Positions 8,919 to 20,075 of a DNA stretch of 47,968 nt are shown piece by piece (position 1 is the stretch's first letter; each line of letters opens with the position of its first letter). Location: NCBI GenBank assembly GCA_964202305.1, contig CAXNHX010000001.1, positions 1 through 47,968 on the forward strand. The letters are read 5' to 3'. The notes below the pieces were generated by a model. The model made no database searches, was not told where the DNA came from, and was given only the letters and a program-made list of their open reading frames with translations. A program made the position numbers and the translations under genes. Source of the stretch: Aquiluna sp. GTDB taxonomy: Bacteria > Actinomycetota > Actinomycetes > Actinomycetales > Microbacteriaceae.

Positions 8919-10247
8919 TCAGGAGATTTTTGCCAAACCGGCAGCTACCACGTCGAGTGCCTCATGCAGTAGCTCATCAGTTATGGCTAGAGGCGGTAGG
9001 AACCTAATTACGTTGTTGTAGGTGCCAGCGTTCAAGATCAAGACTCCGTTTTGGTGGCAGTGCTTCATCAGTTCGGAAGTGGCGTCTGCGTTTGGAGTCA
9101 TGGTGCCAGGAACCACCAGCTCAATGGCCTGCATGGCACCCTTGCCTCGAACATCGCCGATCACTGGATAGCTGTTGCGAAGATCGTTCAGCCTTGCTTT
9201 CAAGAGCTCCCCGATTTCCAGGGCGCGCTCAAACCAAGTTCCGGAGGCGTACTGCTCCATGACCGCAACTCCAGCTGCAACTGCGGTTGGAGAGCCACCG
9301 AAGGTGCCACCGAGTCCGCCAGCATGAGCAGCATCCATGATCTCGGCTCGTCCCACGACACCTGAGAGCGGCATTCCACCGGCAATACCCTTGGCAACGG
9401 TCAATAGGTCAGGTTCGAAACCTTCTTCCCAGGCGGAAGCAAACCAGGCTCCGGTGCGGGCCATACCGGACTGGACCTCATCGGCAACCATCACGATTCC
9501 ATTGGCCTTGCACCAAGAATCCAGGGTTCTTAGGAAACCTGGTGCCGGAACAATGAAGCCACCCTCACCCTGAATGGGTTCGATGAAGACCGCGGCGATT
9601 TGGCTCGCACCAACTCGCTTCTCTAGATATGTGATGGCACGGGTCGCGGCCTCTTCACCGCTCATGCCCTCGGGGTCACGGAAGGGATAGCTCATGGGTG
9701 CGTGGTGAACGCTTCCGGCCAGCGGACCAAAGCCGGTGCCGTAGGGGTGAGCCTTGAAGTTCATAGACATGGTCAGGTTGGTGCGTCCGTGATAGGCGTG
9801 GTCAAAGACAGCTATCTCGGTTCGGCCTGTTGCCTTGCGGGCAATCTTGACGGCGTTCTCAACCGCCTCAGCTCCGGAGTTGAAGAAGGCAGCCTTCTTC
9901 TTGAAGTTGCCAGGCGCTGCCTGGGTTAGTAGCTCAGCCGCGCGGACATAAGCCTCGTAGGGGGCGACGGTGAACAGGGTGTGAGTGAGCTTTGCTACCT
10001 GCTGCTGAACAGCTTCGACCAGCTGCGGGTTGGTGTGACCGATAGTCACCACACCGATGCCCGAGCCCATGTCAATGAGTTGGTTACCATCGGCATCCTT
10101 GAGGATTGCCCCGTGGGCCTCGGTGATGAAGGTCGGAAGCATCGTTCCCACGCCAGAGGAGACAACCTCGTTGCGACGCGCCTGCAGCTTTGCCGACTCT
10201 GGGCCGGGGATTGCGGTTAGCAGAATTCGCTTTTGTTCAAGACTCAT
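8919..10247 (-). CDS. gabT: 4-aminobutyrate--2-oxoglutarate aminotransferase
   Basis: SGIGV, FNSGAEAVENAVKIAR, AYHGRTNLT, EPIQGEGGF, ADEVQSG, AKGIAGG, GGLGGTFGG, NVIRFLPPL. Confidence 0.93.
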   Translation of the reverse strand: MSLEQKRILLTAIPGPESAKLQARRNEVVSSGVGTMLPTFITEAHGAILKDADGNQLIDMGSGIGVVTIGHTNPQLVEAVQQQVAKLTHTLFTVAPYEAYVRAAELLTQAAPGNFKKKAAFFNSGAEAVENAVKIARKATGRTEIAVFDHAYHGRTNLTMSMNFKAHPYGTGFGPLAGSVHHAPMSYPFRDPEGMSGEEAATRAITYLEKRVGASQIAAVFIEPIQGEGGFIVPAPGFLRTLDSWCKANGIVMVADEVQSGMARTGAWFASAWEEGFEPDLLTVAKGIAGGMPLSGVVGRAEIMDAAHAGGLGGTFGGSPTAVAAGVAVMEQYASGTWFERALEIGELLKARLNDLRNSYPVIGDVRGKGAMQAIELVVPGTMTPNADATSELMKHCHQNGVLILNAGTYNNVIRFLPPLAITDELLHEALDVVAAGLAKIS

Positions 10248-10324
10248 GCCAAGAGTCTAGATTCAACCCCGAGGATTTGCAGTGAGCAACCGAAGGATGC
10301 CTAGCGAGTTCTAAGCTTTCTCTC

Positions 10325-11419
10325 ATGCGCAAAGTAATCGTCTTGGGTTCGACCGGGTCTATCGGAACTCAGGCCCTAGAGGTGATTGCGAAGAACCCCG
10401 ATCTCTTTTTGCTCTCGGGGTTGAGCTATAACTCAAACAGTGCACTCGCCATGCAGCAGGCGGCGCAGTTCGGACTCTCCAAGGACTTAGTTGCTAAAGG
10501 CCCTGGAGAAGCAGCCGCGCTGGTGCGCAGCACCTCAGCAGAAGTCGTCCTAAATGGCATTACCGGTTCTGCGGGGCTAGCCGCAACCATCGCAGCCCTT
10601 GAAACTGGGAAGACGCTCGCGCTTGCTAACAAGGAATCCCTAATAGTTGGCGGGGAGTTGGTCACCAAGCTGGCCTCACCCGGTCAGATCGTTCCAGTGG
10701 ACTCCGAGCACTCGGCCATTGCGCAGTGCCTGAGATCGGGCAGTGATGCCGAAGTGCGCAAGCTCATCCTCACGGCTTCCGGAGGTCCGTTCAGGGGTTT
10801 CAGCAGGGAACAGCTTTCCAGTGTGACTCCCGAACAGGCGCTCAAGCATCCGACCTGGGACATGGGCAAGGTGGTAACCACGAACTCGGCAACGCTGGTG
10901 AACAAAGGCCTTGAGGTAATAGAGGCCAGTCTCCTGTTTGGGATTGGATTTGATCGGATAGCGGTAACCGTTCATCCGCAATCGATCGTGCACTCGATGG
11001 TGGAGTTTGTTGACGGTTCGGTAATTGCGCAAGCCTCAATTACCGACATGCGGCTCCCAATCGCCCTTGGCATGGCCTGGCCGAACCGAGTGCCGGACAC
11101 CACACCGCCGCTGGATTGGACCCAAGCTCACAACTGGACTTTTGAGCCACTCGACGAGAGTTTGTTTGGCTCTGTCGCAATGGCGCGCGAGGTTGGTGCA
11201 AAGGGTCTGACCTACCCAGCGGTTTACAACGCCGCCAATGAGCAGGCCGTGGAGGCATTCCACGCTGGAAAAATCGGCTTCCTCCAGATTTTAGATGTGA
11301 TCTCGGAGGCAATTGGATCTCACGCGGCAGCGGGGGAGATGACTCTTGACGGCGTACTCGAGGCAGAGCGCTGGGCCAGGGCAACTGCCGATTCGCTGAT
11401 AGCTAAGTGGCAATCCTAG
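10325..11419 (+). CDS. dxr: 1-deoxy-D-xylulose-5-phosphate reductoisomerase
   Basis: LGSTGSIGTQ, LALANKESL, PVDSEHSA, LTASGGPF, HPTWDMG, NKGLEVIEA, NAANE. Confidence 0.97.
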   Translation: MRKVIVLGSTGSIGTQALEVIAKNPDLFLLSGLSYNSNSALAMQQAAQFGLSKDLVAKGPGEAAALVRSTSAEVVLNGITGSAGLAATIAALETGKTLALANKESLIVGGELVTKLASPGQIVPVDSEHSAIAQCLRSGSDAEVRKLILTASGGPFRGFSREQLSSVTPEQALKHPTWDMGKVVTTNSATLVNKGLEVIEASLLFGIGFDRIAVTVHPQSIVHSMVEFVDGSVIAQASITDMRLPIALGMAWPNRVPDTTPPLDWTQAHNWTFEPLDESLFGSVAMAREVGAKGLTYPAVYNAANEQAVEAFHAGKIGFLQILDVISEAIGSHAAAGEMTLDGVLEAERWARATADSLIAKWQS

Positions 11420-11441
11420 GTTGAGCGGTTAGCCTTTACCG

Positions 11442-12743
11442 GTGGTCGACGTCCTGCTCTACATCCTCGGAATCCTCGTGGTTCTGCTTGGCATCGCACT
11501 ATCCATAGGCCTGCACGAGATTGGCCACCTGGTTCCCGCCAAGCTATTTGGGCTCAAGGTAAAGCAGTACATGATCGGGTTTGGCCCAACGGTATTTTCG
11601 CGCCGACGAGGTGACACCGAGTACGGCCTAAAGGCCTTCCCGCTAGGCGGTTACATCCTGATGGAGGGAATGTACCCTCCCGAATCCAAGCCCTATCGGG
11701 GTCCCTTCGCAAAGTGGATCCGTGAGGCCAGGGCAGAGGTTCGCAAGGAGCTAGATCCTGCGGATGAGAACAGGCAGTTTTACAAGCTCTCCACCTGGAA
11801 AAAGCTCACGATTATGCTGGGTGGCCCGTTCATGAACCTCGTGCTGGGCGTTGTTTTGATCGTGGCGTCGCTTAGCGGTATTGGTCAGATGCAGAACTCG
11901 ATGACCATTAATCAGGTGTATCAGTGCATCGATGCCAGCGCCGACGGCAGCTGTCCCGAGGGGGCCCCAACTTCCCCAGCGGCGCTCGCGGGTATGGAGC
12001 CTGGTGACGAGGTGGTGTCGGTAAACGCTCAAGCGGTGAGCAGCTGGAATCAAGCGGTTGAGATCCTTGGCCGCACTCCCGGAGCGAGTTCGGATCTGAC
12101 GGTTCTGAGGGAGGGTTCCTTAGTGAACCTAACGATTACCCCGGTCTTCATGGAGCGCAGGGTCTTTGATTCCCAGGGTGCCGCATTGACCGATGCAAAT
12201 GGTCTTCCTGTAACGGAGCTGCGACCTATCGTCGGCGTGCAGCTGCTTCCGGAGCAGCAGCCGGTCCCAGTTGCGGATGCCGTCGGGTTTGCCTTCGGGG
12301 CAACGGCGGCGATGCTCGGATTCATTCTCGAGCTTCCGCAGCAGGTTTATGCCGTGGCGCAGTCGACCTTTGGCTTTGCGGAGCGCGACCCCAATGGCGC
12401 TGTCTCGATTCTGGGGGTGGGGCAACTCGCAGGGGAGGTGTCCTCGGCCAACGTGCCAGTGGATGCCAGGTTGGCATCGCTGTTGATTTTGATTGGGACT
12501 TTGAACCTCGCCCTCTTTGCCTTCAATCTGATTCCGCTGCTGCCACTCGACGGTGGACATGTGCTCGGTGCGCTCTATGAGGGGGCAAAGCGCCGAGTTG
12601 GAAAACTGGTTCTAAAAAAGGATCCGGGTCCGATTGACACCGCCAAAGCCCTCCCCATTGCCTATGCGGTTTGGGTGCTTCTGCTCTTCACCGGCCTGCT
12701 GCTGATTTTTGCAGATATCGTGAATCCGATCGGCCTTCTCTAG
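11442..12743 (+). CDS. rseP: M50 intramembrane zinc metalloprotease with PDZ domain (RseP/Rip1)
   Basis: HEIGH zinc motif, GFGP, GGPFMN, PDZ region, [12 protein letters not shown]; canonical position between dxr and ispG. Confidence 0.93.
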   Translation: MVDVLLYILGILVVLLGIALSIGLHEIGHLVPAKLFGLKVKQYMIGFGPTVFSRRRGDTEYGLKAFPLGGYILMEGMYPPESKPYRGPFAKWIREARAEVRKELDPADENRQFYKLSTWKKLTIMLGGPFMNLVLGVVLIVASLSGIGQMQNSMTINQVYQCIDASADGSCPEGAPTSPAALAGMEPGDEVVSVNAQAVSSWNQAVEILGRTPGASSDLTVLREGSLVNLTITPVFMERRVFDSQGAALTDANGLPVTELRPIVGVQLLPEQQPVPVADAVGFAFGATAAMLGFILELPQQVYAVAQSTFGFAERDPNGAVSILGVGQLAGEVSSANVPVDARLASLLILIGTLNLALFAFNLIPLLPLDGGHVLGALYEGAKRRVGKLVLKKDPGPIDTAKALPIAYAVWVLLLFTGLLLIFADIVNPIGLL

Positions 12744-12792
12744 GAAGCAATCCGCTTCGATTAGAGTTATAAATCGCGATGAGAGGAACACT

Positions 12793-13947
12793 TTGCCCGC
12801 GATAAACCTAGGTCTTCCAAAAGGCCCACCGCCAACCCTGGCACCCAGGAAAAAGACTCGTCAAATCATGGTCGGCAAAGTAGCAGTTGGGGGCGATGCC
12901 CCAATCTCGGTGCAGTCCATGACCACCACTCCAACCACCGACATCAACGCAACCCTGCAGCAAATCGCTGAGTTGACTGCCACGGGCTGTGACATTGTCC
13001 GCGTCGCGGTGCCCTCGCAGGATGATGCCGATGTTCTGAGAATCATTGCAAAGCGCAGCCAGATTCCGGTGATTGCAGACATTCACTTCCAACCAAAGTA
13101 CGTCTTTCAGGCCATCGAGGCCGGCTGCGGCGCAGTTCGCGTGAACCCTGGAAATATTCGCAAGTTCGACGACCAGGTTGGCGCAATTGCAAAGGCAGCC
13201 AAGGACGCAGGCGTCTCGTTGCGCATTGGTGTTAACGCCGGCTCGCTGGACCCCCGTTTGCTCGAGAAATACGGCAAGCCAACCGCGGAGGCACTGGTTG
13301 AGTCAGCGGTTTGGGAGGCGAGCCTTTTTGAAGAGCACGACTTCCACGACTTCAAGATCTCTGTCAAGCACAACGACCCCGTCGTGATGGTGAAGGCCTA
13401 CCAGCTGCTTTCCGAGCGAGGCGATTGGCCACTGCACCTCGGAGTTACCGAGGCTGGGCCAGCCTTCCAGGGGACTATCAAGTCCTCCGTTGCCTTTGGC
13501 GCTCTTTTGGCTCAGGGAATCGGCGACACGATTCGCGTCTCACTTTCCGCTCCGCCGGTCGAAGAAATCAAGGTGGGCTCCCAGATTCTAGAGAGCCTGA
13601 ATCTCAGGCCAAGAAAGCTCGAGATTGTCTCCTGCCCATCCTGTGGCCGCGCACAGGTCGACGTCTACAAGCTTGCAAACGACGTTACCGAGGGTCTTCA
13701 GCACCTAACCGTCCCAATCCGCGTCGCGGTTATGGGATGCGTTGTGAATGGTCCGGGTGAAGCACGAGAGGCAGACCTCGGTGTGGCCTCCGGAAACGGC
13801 AAGGGTCAGATCTTCGTAAAGGGTGAAATCATCAAGACTGTGCCAGAGGACGAGATTGTTGCGACCCTTATCGCAGAGGCTAACCGAATTGCCGCAGACA
13901 TGGAGACCGCAGAGATCGGAAGCGTGACGGTTAGCGTCAGCGAGTAG
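12793..13947 (+). CDS. ispG: (E)-4-hydroxy-3-methylbut-2-enyl-diphosphate synthase
   Basis: [44 protein letters not shown] and [10 protein letters not shown] Fe-S ligands. Confidence 0.97.
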   Translation: MPAINLGLPKGPPPTLAPRKKTRQIMVGKVAVGGDAPISVQSMTTTPTTDINATLQQIAELTATGCDIVRVAVPSQDDADVLRIIAKRSQIPVIADIHFQPKYVFQAIEAGCGAVRVNPGNIRKFDDQVGAIAKAAKDAGVSLRIGVNAGSLDPRLLEKYGKPTAEALVESAVWEASLFEEHDFHDFKISVKHNDPVVMVKAYQLLSERGDWPLHLGVTEAGPAFQGTIKSSVAFGALLAQGIGDTIRVSLSAPPVEEIKVGSQILESLNLRPRKLEIVSCPSCGRAQVDVYKLANDVTEGLQHLTVPIRVAVMGCVVNGPGEAREADLGVASGNGKGQIFVKGEIIKTVPEDEIVATLIAEANRIAADMETAEIGSVTVSVSE

Positions 13948-13961
13948 CTAACATTGAGCCC

Positions 13962-15731
13962 ATGCTCTACCGCCTCAGCAACCTATTTCTAAAGACCCTG
14001 CGCGAGGACCCCAGCGATGCTGAGGTCGACAGCCACCGCCTACTAGTCCGCGCCGGATACATTCGTCGCACCGGCCCCGGTGTCTTTACCTGGCTACCCC
14101 TGGGTCTCGCGGTAAAGAATCGAATCGAGCAGATTGTCCGCGAGGAAATGACCGCTGCGGGAGCTCAAGAAGTGTTCTTCCCGGCGCTGCTTCCAAAAGA
14201 GCCCTACGAGGCAACGGGTCGATGGGACGAATACGGCGACAACATATTCCGTCTAAAGGACCGCAAGGATGCTGACTACCTCCTAGCTCCAACCCACGAA
14301 GAGGTATTCACACTTTTGGTGAAGGACCTCTACAGCTCCTACAAAGAACTTCCCCTGACTATCTATCAGATCCAGAACAAGTACCGCGACGAGGCTCGTC
14401 CAAGGGCAGGTCTCTTGCGCGGTCGCGAATTCGTGATGAAGGACGCCTACAGCTTCGATGTTGCCGACGAGGGACTCGAAAAGAGTTACCAGGCTCAGCG
14501 CACCGCCTACGAAAAAATCTTCACCCGCCTCGGCCTTGAGTATGTAATCGTGAAAGCTGATGCGGGCGCTATGGGCGGCTCGAAGTCAGAAGAATTCTTG
14601 AACCCTTCTCCAATTGGAGAAGACACTTTTGTTCGCTCCAAGGGTGGGTTTGCGGCCAACGTTGAAGCGGTGAGGTTTGAACCTCTTCCCGCTCGAGACT
14701 TCTCAGGAATTGAAAAGGCCCAGGTCTTCGATTCACCAAACACCCCCACCATTGCAACCCTGGTTGACTTCGCAAATGCCCAGCACCCAAGAGCGGGATC
14801 TCCATGGAGAGCTGCAGACACGCTAAAGAACGTGGTCTTGGCACTTGTGAGCCCTGAAGGTAAGCGCGAGCTGGTAATTGTCGGGGTTCCAGGTGACCGA
14901 GAGGTTGACCAAAAGCGCGCGGAGGCTTGGTTCTCACCGAACGATGTTGAGCAGGCCACCGAGGCTGATTTTGCAAAGCACAAGCACCTTGTGAAGGGCT
15001 ACATCGGCCCAACCAAAGATGGCAAGCAGTACCTGGGGGAGAAGCAAGAGTCGAAGCTTCGCTACCTAGCCGATCCTCGGGTATTCGTCGGTAGTTCCTG
15101 GATCACGGGAGCTAACCAAATTGAGAAGCACGTCTTCAACTTGGTTTACGGCCGAGACTTCGAAGCTGACGGCATCGCCGACATTGCGGAGATTCGAGCT
15201 GGTGACCCAGCCCCAGATGGTTCGGGCGAGCTCGAGCTTGCACGAGGTATCGAAATTGGCCACGTCTTCCAGCTTGGACGCAAGTATGCCGAGGCACTGG
15301 ACCTAAAGGTTCTCGATGAGAACGGCAAGCTCGTGACTGTGACCATGGGTTCTTACGGCATCGGTGTCACAAGACTTGTCGCGGTAATCGCAGAGGCATT
15401 CAACGACGACAAGGGTTTGATCTGGCCAGAGTCAGTCGCTCCGGCCAACGTCCACATCATTGCAACCGGTAAGGATGAGGTTGCGTTTGAGGCCGCCGAG
15501 CAGATAGCTACCCAGGCCCAGGAGCTTGGGTTGAGGGTCATGCTTGACGATCGCCCAAAACTCTCTCCGGGCGTGAAGTTTGCCGACGCTGAACTCTTGG
15601 GCATGCCATGGATCATCATCTGTGGCCGCGGGGTTGCAGAGGGCGAAGTGGAGCTGTGGAATCGCAGGAGCGGTGAGCGGGTTCCAGTGAAGCTAGAATC
15701 TGCATTAGCTGAGCTTGTTGCACGGCGCTAA
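13962..15731 (+). CDS. proS: Proline--tRNA ligase
   Basis: [33 protein letters not shown], editing insertion, [18 protein letters not shown], anticodon domain. Confidence 0.97.
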   Translation: MLYRLSNLFLKTLREDPSDAEVDSHRLLVRAGYIRRTGPGVFTWLPLGLAVKNRIEQIVREEMTAAGAQEVFFPALLPKEPYEATGRWDEYGDNIFRLKDRKDADYLLAPTHEEVFTLLVKDLYSSYKELPLTIYQIQNKYRDEARPRAGLLRGREFVMKDAYSFDVADEGLEKSYQAQRTAYEKIFTRLGLEYVIVKADAGAMGGSKSEEFLNPSPIGEDTFVRSKGGFAANVEAVRFEPLPARDFSGIEKAQVFDSPNTPTIATLVDFANAQHPRAGSPWRAADTLKNVVLALVSPEGKRELVIVGVPGDREVDQKRAEAWFSPNDVEQATEADFAKHKHLVKGYIGPTKDGKQYLGEKQESKLRYLADPRVFVGSSWITGANQIEKHVFNLVYGRDFEADGIADIAEIRAGDPAPDGSGELELARGIEIGHVFQLGRKYAEALDLKVLDENGKLVTVTMGSYGIGVTRLVAVIAEAFNDDKGLIWPESVAPANVHIIATGKDEVAFEAAEQIATQAQELGLRVMLDDRPKLSPGVKFADAELLGMPWIIICGRGVAEGEVELWNRRSGERVPVKLESALAELVARR

Positions 15732-15750
15732 ATAGAAGAAGGAGCGGCTG

Positions 15751-16728
15751 GTGGATATCGATCTTCAAGTCCTCAGGCTATTAGAGCGCGAAAAAGAAAT
15801 TCCGTTTGATGAACTGGTGCTCATCATCGAAGCTGCCATCCTGGCGGCCTACTACAAGCACGTCTCCGACCACACCAAGGGCCCTCGCGCCGTGTTGGAT
15901 CGCAAGACTGGTCACGTGCAGGTCTTCAAACCGATCCTCAATGAAGATGGCGAGCAAACTGGTGAAGAGGATGTAACCCCAGAAGGCTTTGGCCGCGTTG
16001 CCGCCTTCGCGGCCAAGCAGGTAATTGCCCAGCGCATGCGTGAAATTTCTGATGACAGCTTGCTCGGAGAATTCAAGGGCAAAGAGGGCGACATCGTCGC
16101 TGGCCAGATTCAGCAGGGATCGCGCTCCAACATGGTTTACGTTAACCTCGGTTCGCTCGAGGCACTCATGCCGCCAGAGGAGCAGGTTCCTGGCGAGGAC
16201 TACTCGCACGGAAACCGCATCAGGGTTTACGTGACCGGCGTGCAGCGTGGACCAAGGGGACCTCAGGTAACTGTTTCTAGAACCCACCCTGGACTTGTTC
16301 GCAAGCTCTTCGCCCTTGAGGTGCCAGAGGTTGCCTCGGGCCAGGTGGAGATTGCATCGGTTGCCAGGGAGGCGGGTCACCGCACCAAAATCGCCGTTAT
16401 TGCCAGGGAGCCAGGCATCAATGCCAAGGGTGCGTGCATTGGTGAATTGGGTCAGCGCGTGCGGGCAGTTAGCGGAGAACTTAACGAGGAGAAGATCGAT
16501 GTCGTTGACTACTCCGAGGATCTTGCGAAGTTTGTCGCTCACGCACTTTCTCCCGCCAGGGTCTCCGACAGCTTTGTTATTGATGCCTCCACCAAGGCCG
16601 TGAGGGTTTTGGTTCCGGACTTTCAGCTCTCATTGGCAATCGGTAAAGAGGGCCAAAATGCCCGTTTGGCCGCCAAACTAACGGGTGCAAAGATTGACAT
16701 TCAGCCAGACAGTATTTTGCAGGAATAG
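15751..16728 (+). CDS. nusA: Transcription termination/antitermination factor NusA
   Basis: TPEGFGRVAAFAAKQVI, S1 domain, AREAGHRTKIAV, KH domains, QLSLAIGKEGQNARLAAKLTG; SD AAGGAG. Confidence 0.97.
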   Translation: MDIDLQVLRLLEREKEIPFDELVLIIEAAILAAYYKHVSDHTKGPRAVLDRKTGHVQVFKPILNEDGEQTGEEDVTPEGFGRVAAFAAKQVIAQRMREISDDSLLGEFKGKEGDIVAGQIQQGSRSNMVYVNLGSLEALMPPEEQVPGEDYSHGNRIRVYVTGVQRGPRGPQVTVSRTHPGLVRKLFALEVPEVASGQVEIASVAREAGHRTKIAVIAREPGINAKGACIGELGQRVRAVSGELNEEKIDVVDYSEDLAKFVAHALSPARVSDSFVIDASTKAVRVLVPDFQLSLAIGKEGQNARLAAKLTGAKIDIQPDSILQE

Positions 16729-16753
16729 CAGATAGTTGACCCCTGCCCCTAGA

Positions 16754-17002
16754 ATGGAGCCTATTCGGACCTGTGTTGGCTGTCGCCAGCGAGATTCGGT
16801 TGGGCAACTAATCAAAGTTGTGACGGAAGAGAATCAGTTTTCTATTGATTCGGAGCGAAAGCTTCAGGGTCGAGGAGCCTGGTTTCATCCCCACTGCGGA
16901 GATTTGGTTCTTACTCGAAGAGGTCTTCAACGCGCTTTAGGAGATGCCAGCACGGCATCGCTTGAGGCATGGCTTAGGAATCAGGCAGAGAAAAATGGCT
17001 GA
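16754..17002 (+). CDS. ylxR: YlxR/DUF448 RNA-binding protein
   Basis: PIRTCVGCR and GRGAW motifs; between nusA and infB. Start ATG 16754 preferred over TTG 16736. Confidence 0.88.
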   Translation: MEPIRTCVGCRQRDSVGQLIKVVTEENQFSIDSERKLQGRGAWFHPHCGDLVLTRRGLQRALGDASTASLEAWLRNQAEKNG

Positions 17003-17048
17003 AATAAATGAGTAACTCGAAATGAGACCCGCTCAAAACTAAGGCCTG

Positions 17049-17078
17049 CCCTGTCTAGGGGTTGGCCCCAGACAGGAG
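17049..17078 (+). promoter_or_regulatory. Hairpin overlapping the infB Shine-Dalgarno
   Basis: CCTGTCT-A-GGGG-TTGG-CCCC-AGACAGG; the 3' arm includes AGG of the AGGAG SD (17074-17078). Confidence 0.55.
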
Positions 17079-17085
17079 AAAATCA

Positions 17086-19647
17086 GTGGCGCTTCCACGC
17101 GTATACGACATCGCTAAAGAACTTGGAATTGATACCAAGGATGCTTTGGCCAAACTTGAGGAACTTGGCGAATACGTCAAGGGTGGTTCCTCCACAATCG
17201 CTCCGCCAGTAGCGGCGAGACTTAAGGCTGCTTTCCCAAAGAAGGAAGCGCCCAAAAAAGAGGCTCCGAAGAAGGAAGCCGAGAAGCCCGCGGTCAAGCC
17301 AGTAGCTCCGACACCGGCTCCGCGGGTTGAGCCAGTTGTCGAGGCCCCAAGGTCAGTTGCGACCGAACCTGGGAAGCCTGCTGCACCTTTGAACCCAGCC
17401 CCAAGGGCTGGCAACAATCCATTTTCTTCAAACCAGGGCATGGGTATCCCTCGCCCAATGGCTCGTCCGGGCAACAATCCGTTCGCTCCCAACCAGGGCA
17501 TGGGTCGTCCAGCAAGGCCAGGGGCTCCTCGTCCTGCCGGTGGAGCGCCAAGACCAGGTGGTGGCGCACCAAGACCCGGTGGAGCTCCTCGCCCAGGTGG
17601 TGGAGCGCCAAGACCTGCCGGTAGCGGATTTGGTGCACCAGCCGGTGGCAAGCCGGGCTTTGGTCCAAATGCAACCAGGCCAGGCCCAGCAGGTCGCGCA
17701 GGGCGCGGTGCGGGCACTGCAGGTGCGTTCGGCAAGGGTGGTTCTAGAGGTAAGTCACGCAAGTCCAAGCGGACTAAGCGCGAGGAATTTGAGCAGAGAG
17801 AAGCACCGAGCCTAGGTGGCACCATGGTGCCACGAGGAGACGGTTCGACCGTTCTTCGACTGCGCAGAGGCGCTTCAATTCAGGACTTCGCCGACAAGAT
17901 TGGCGCCAACTCGGGTCAGCTGATAACCGTTTTGTTCCACCTGGGACAAATGGCAACTGCCACCGCATCCCTGGATGAGGAAACTTTCCAAATTCTCGGT
18001 GTGGAATTGGGCTACAAGATCGAAATCGTTTCACCAGAGGACGAAGAGCGCGAGCTATTCGAAGGTTTTGGTCTTGACATCTCGACCGACATTGATGGTG
18101 AAGACGATGAGGATCTTGCTCCAAGGCCTCCGGTCGTAACCGTTATGGGTCACGTTGACCACGGTAAGACCAAGCTCCTGGACTCCATCAGGAGCGCAAA
18201 CGTTGTAGCTGGCGAAGCCGGTGGCATCACCCAGCACATCGGTGCCTACCAGGTTCACACAACCCACGAGGGCCAAGATCGAGCGATCACCTTTATTGAC
18301 ACTCCGGGTCACGAGGCGTTCACCGCCATGCGTGCTCGTGGTACTCAGGTCACCGACATTGCCATCTTGGTTGTCGCGGCTGATGACGGCGTGATGCCTC
18401 AGACCATCGAAGCGCTGAACCACGCCCAAGCAGCGCAGGTTCCAATCGTGGTCGCGGTCAACAAGGTCGACAAAGAGGGTGCAAACCCGGACAAGATTCG
18501 TCAGCAGCTAACCGAATTCGGCCTGGTTGCCGAAGAATACGGTGGCGACGTGATGTTCGTAAATGTCTCGGCTCTGAAGAACGAGGGTATTGACCGTCTT
18601 TTGGACGCCGTGCTCCTGACTGCCGATGCCGCTTTGGACCTTCGTGCCAACCCTGTGAGATCTGCTCGCGGTGTTGCCATCGAAGCCAACCTCGACCGCG
18701 GTCGCGGCTCGGTGGCAACGGTTCTGATTCAGTCCGGAACGCTATCGGTTGGCGATGCGATTGTCGCCGGCTCCTCACACGGTCGCGTGCGCGCAATGTT
18801 CGATGAGAATGGTGCGCCAGTCGAGAAGGCACTCCCTTCGAGACCAGTTCAGGTTCTGGGTCTGCAGTCCGTTCCTCGTGCCGGAGACACTTTTGTGGTT
18901 GCCGACGACGAGCGTCAGGCGAGGCAGATTGCAGAGAAGCGCGAAGCTGCAGACAGAAACGCACTTCTTGCCAAGACTCGTAAGCGCCTTTCGCTCGAAG
19001 ACTTCACCAAGGCGCTCGAGGACGGCAAGGTCGAATCTCTCAACCTCATCATCAAGGGTGACGTTTCCGGTGCTGTTGAGGCCCTGGAAGACAGCTTGCT
19101 CAAGATTGAGGTTGACGACTCAGTACAGCTGCGCATCATCCACCGCGGTGTTGGAGCCATTACCGAGTCCGACGTCAACCTGGCTACGGTTGACTCTGCA
19201 GTCATCATTGGCTTCAATGTCCGTCCGGACAACAAGGCCAAGGAGCGCGCTGACCGTGAGGGTGTTGACATCCGTCACTACACCGTTATCTACAACGTTC
19301 TCGATGATATTGAGCAGTCCCTTAAGGGCATGCTCAAGCCAGAGTACGAGGAGAAGCAACTCGGCACCGCAGAGGTGCGCGAGATCTTCAAGTCCTCGAA
19401 GTTCGGCACCATCGCTGGTTCCTACGTTCGCAGCGGCCTGATTCGCAGAAACGCGATGGCTCGCGTTCTGCGCGATGGCGAGATGATCAAGGAGAACCTC
19501 AAGGTCGACTCGTTGAAGAGATTCAAGGACGATGCCACCGAGGTCAAGGCGGATTACGAGTGTGGTATCGGACTGGGTGACTTCAACGACATCCAGATCG
19601 ATGACGTAATCGAGACCTACGAGATGGTCGAGAAGCCCAGGGTCTAA
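17086..19647 (+). CDS. infB: Translation initiation factor IF-2
   Basis: [11 protein letters not shown]-terminus, Pro/Gly-rich linker, [21 protein letters not shown]; start set at GTG 17086 after SD AGGAG. Confidence 0.98.
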   Translation: MALPRVYDIAKELGIDTKDALAKLEELGEYVKGGSSTIAPPVAARLKAAFPKKEAPKKEAPKKEAEKPAVKPVAPTPAPRVEPVVEAPRSVATEPGKPAAPLNPAPRAGNNPFSSNQGMGIPRPMARPGNNPFAPNQGMGRPARPGAPRPAGGAPRPGGGAPRPGGAPRPGGGAPRPAGSGFGAPAGGKPGFGPNATRPGPAGRAGRGAGTAGAFGKGGSRGKSRKSKRTKREEFEQREAPSLGGTMVPRGDGSTVLRLRRGASIQDFADKIGANSGQLITVLFHLGQMATATASLDEETFQILGVELGYKIEIVSPEDEERELFEGFGLDISTDIDGEDDEDLAPRPPVVTVMGHVDHGKTKLLDSIRSANVVAGEAGGITQHIGAYQVHTTHEGQDRAITFIDTPGHEAFTAMRARGTQVTDIAILVVAADDGVMPQTIEALNHAQAAQVPIVVAVNKVDKEGANPDKIRQQLTEFGLVAEEYGGDVMFVNVSALKNEGIDRLLDAVLLTADAALDLRANPVRSARGVAIEANLDRGRGSVATVLIQSGTLSVGDAIVAGSSHGRVRAMFDENGAPVEKALPSRPVQVLGLQSVPRAGDTFVVADDERQARQIAEKREAADRNALLAKTRKRLSLEDFTKALEDGKVESLNLIIKGDVSGAVEALEDSLLKIEVDDSVQLRIIHRGVGAITESDVNLATVDSAVIIGFNVRPDNKAKERADREGVDIRHYTVIYNVLDDIEQSLKGMLKPEYEEKQLGTAEVREIFKSSKFGTIAGSYVRSGLIRRNAMARVLRDGEMIKENLKVDSLKRFKDDATEVKADYECGIGLGDFNDIQIDDVIETYEMVEKPRV
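17400..17625 (+). repeat. Coding low-complexity repeats in IF-2 linker (GNNPF x2; PRPGG/APRP tandem)
   Basis: GGCAACAATCC...AACCAGGGCATGGGT twice; GGTGGAGCGCCAAGACC twice. Confidence 0.7.
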
Positions 19648-20075
19648 TGGTTGATCACGCGAGAGCCCGACGGCTAGCCGAACGCATCAAGGTGCTGGCA
19701 GCCGAGGCTTTGGCGAAGGTTGTGAAAGATCCAGATTTGGGGTTCGTCACCTTCACTGACGTGAGGGTGACCCCCGATCTGTCTCAAGCACGCCTCTACT
19801 ACACGATTTTCGGCTCGGACTTTGAGGTGGCGAGATCCAAGGAAATTCTTGAGGCAAATCGCGGTCGCCTGCGAGGAGAAATCGGTAAGCACCTCGGTAT
19901 TCGCATCACACCAACGGTCGAGTTGATCTCAGACGATGTCCCTGAGACTGCTGATGCCATGAATGAACTTCTGGCTGAGGCTAGACGCAGGGATCAAGAA
20001 CTTGAGAAGCTTGCCAAAAATGCTCAGCCAGCTGGGGAGAGAGACCCTTACCTGAAAAAACCAAGCGATGGCTAG
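19647..20075 (+). CDS. rbfA: 30S ribosome-binding factor A
   Basis: VKDPDLGFVTFTDVRVTPDLSQA, LGIRITP; follows infB. Confidence 0.96.
   Translation: MVDHARARRLAERIKVLAAEALAKVVKDPDLGFVTFTDVRVTPDLSQARLYYTIFGSDFEVARSKEILEANRGRLRGEIGKHLGIRITPTVELISDDVPETADAMNELLAEARRRDQELEKLAKNAQPAGERDPYLKKPSDG

Noticed and set aside
15781-16542. 253 aa antisense ORF and similar long antisense ORFs (2378-3013, 4949-5527)
   Set aside because: Fully inside well-supported genes; expected from codon bias; no recognisable motifs.
17400-17625. Tandem repeats as a possible CRISPR or VNTR
   Set aside because: In-frame, degenerate at third positions and without unique spacers; normal actinobacterial IF-2 linker.
17055-17825. 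256 aa antisense ORF with PPGLGAPP repeats
   Set aside because: Mirror of the Pro/Gly-rich IF-2 linker; no independent motif or initiation signal.
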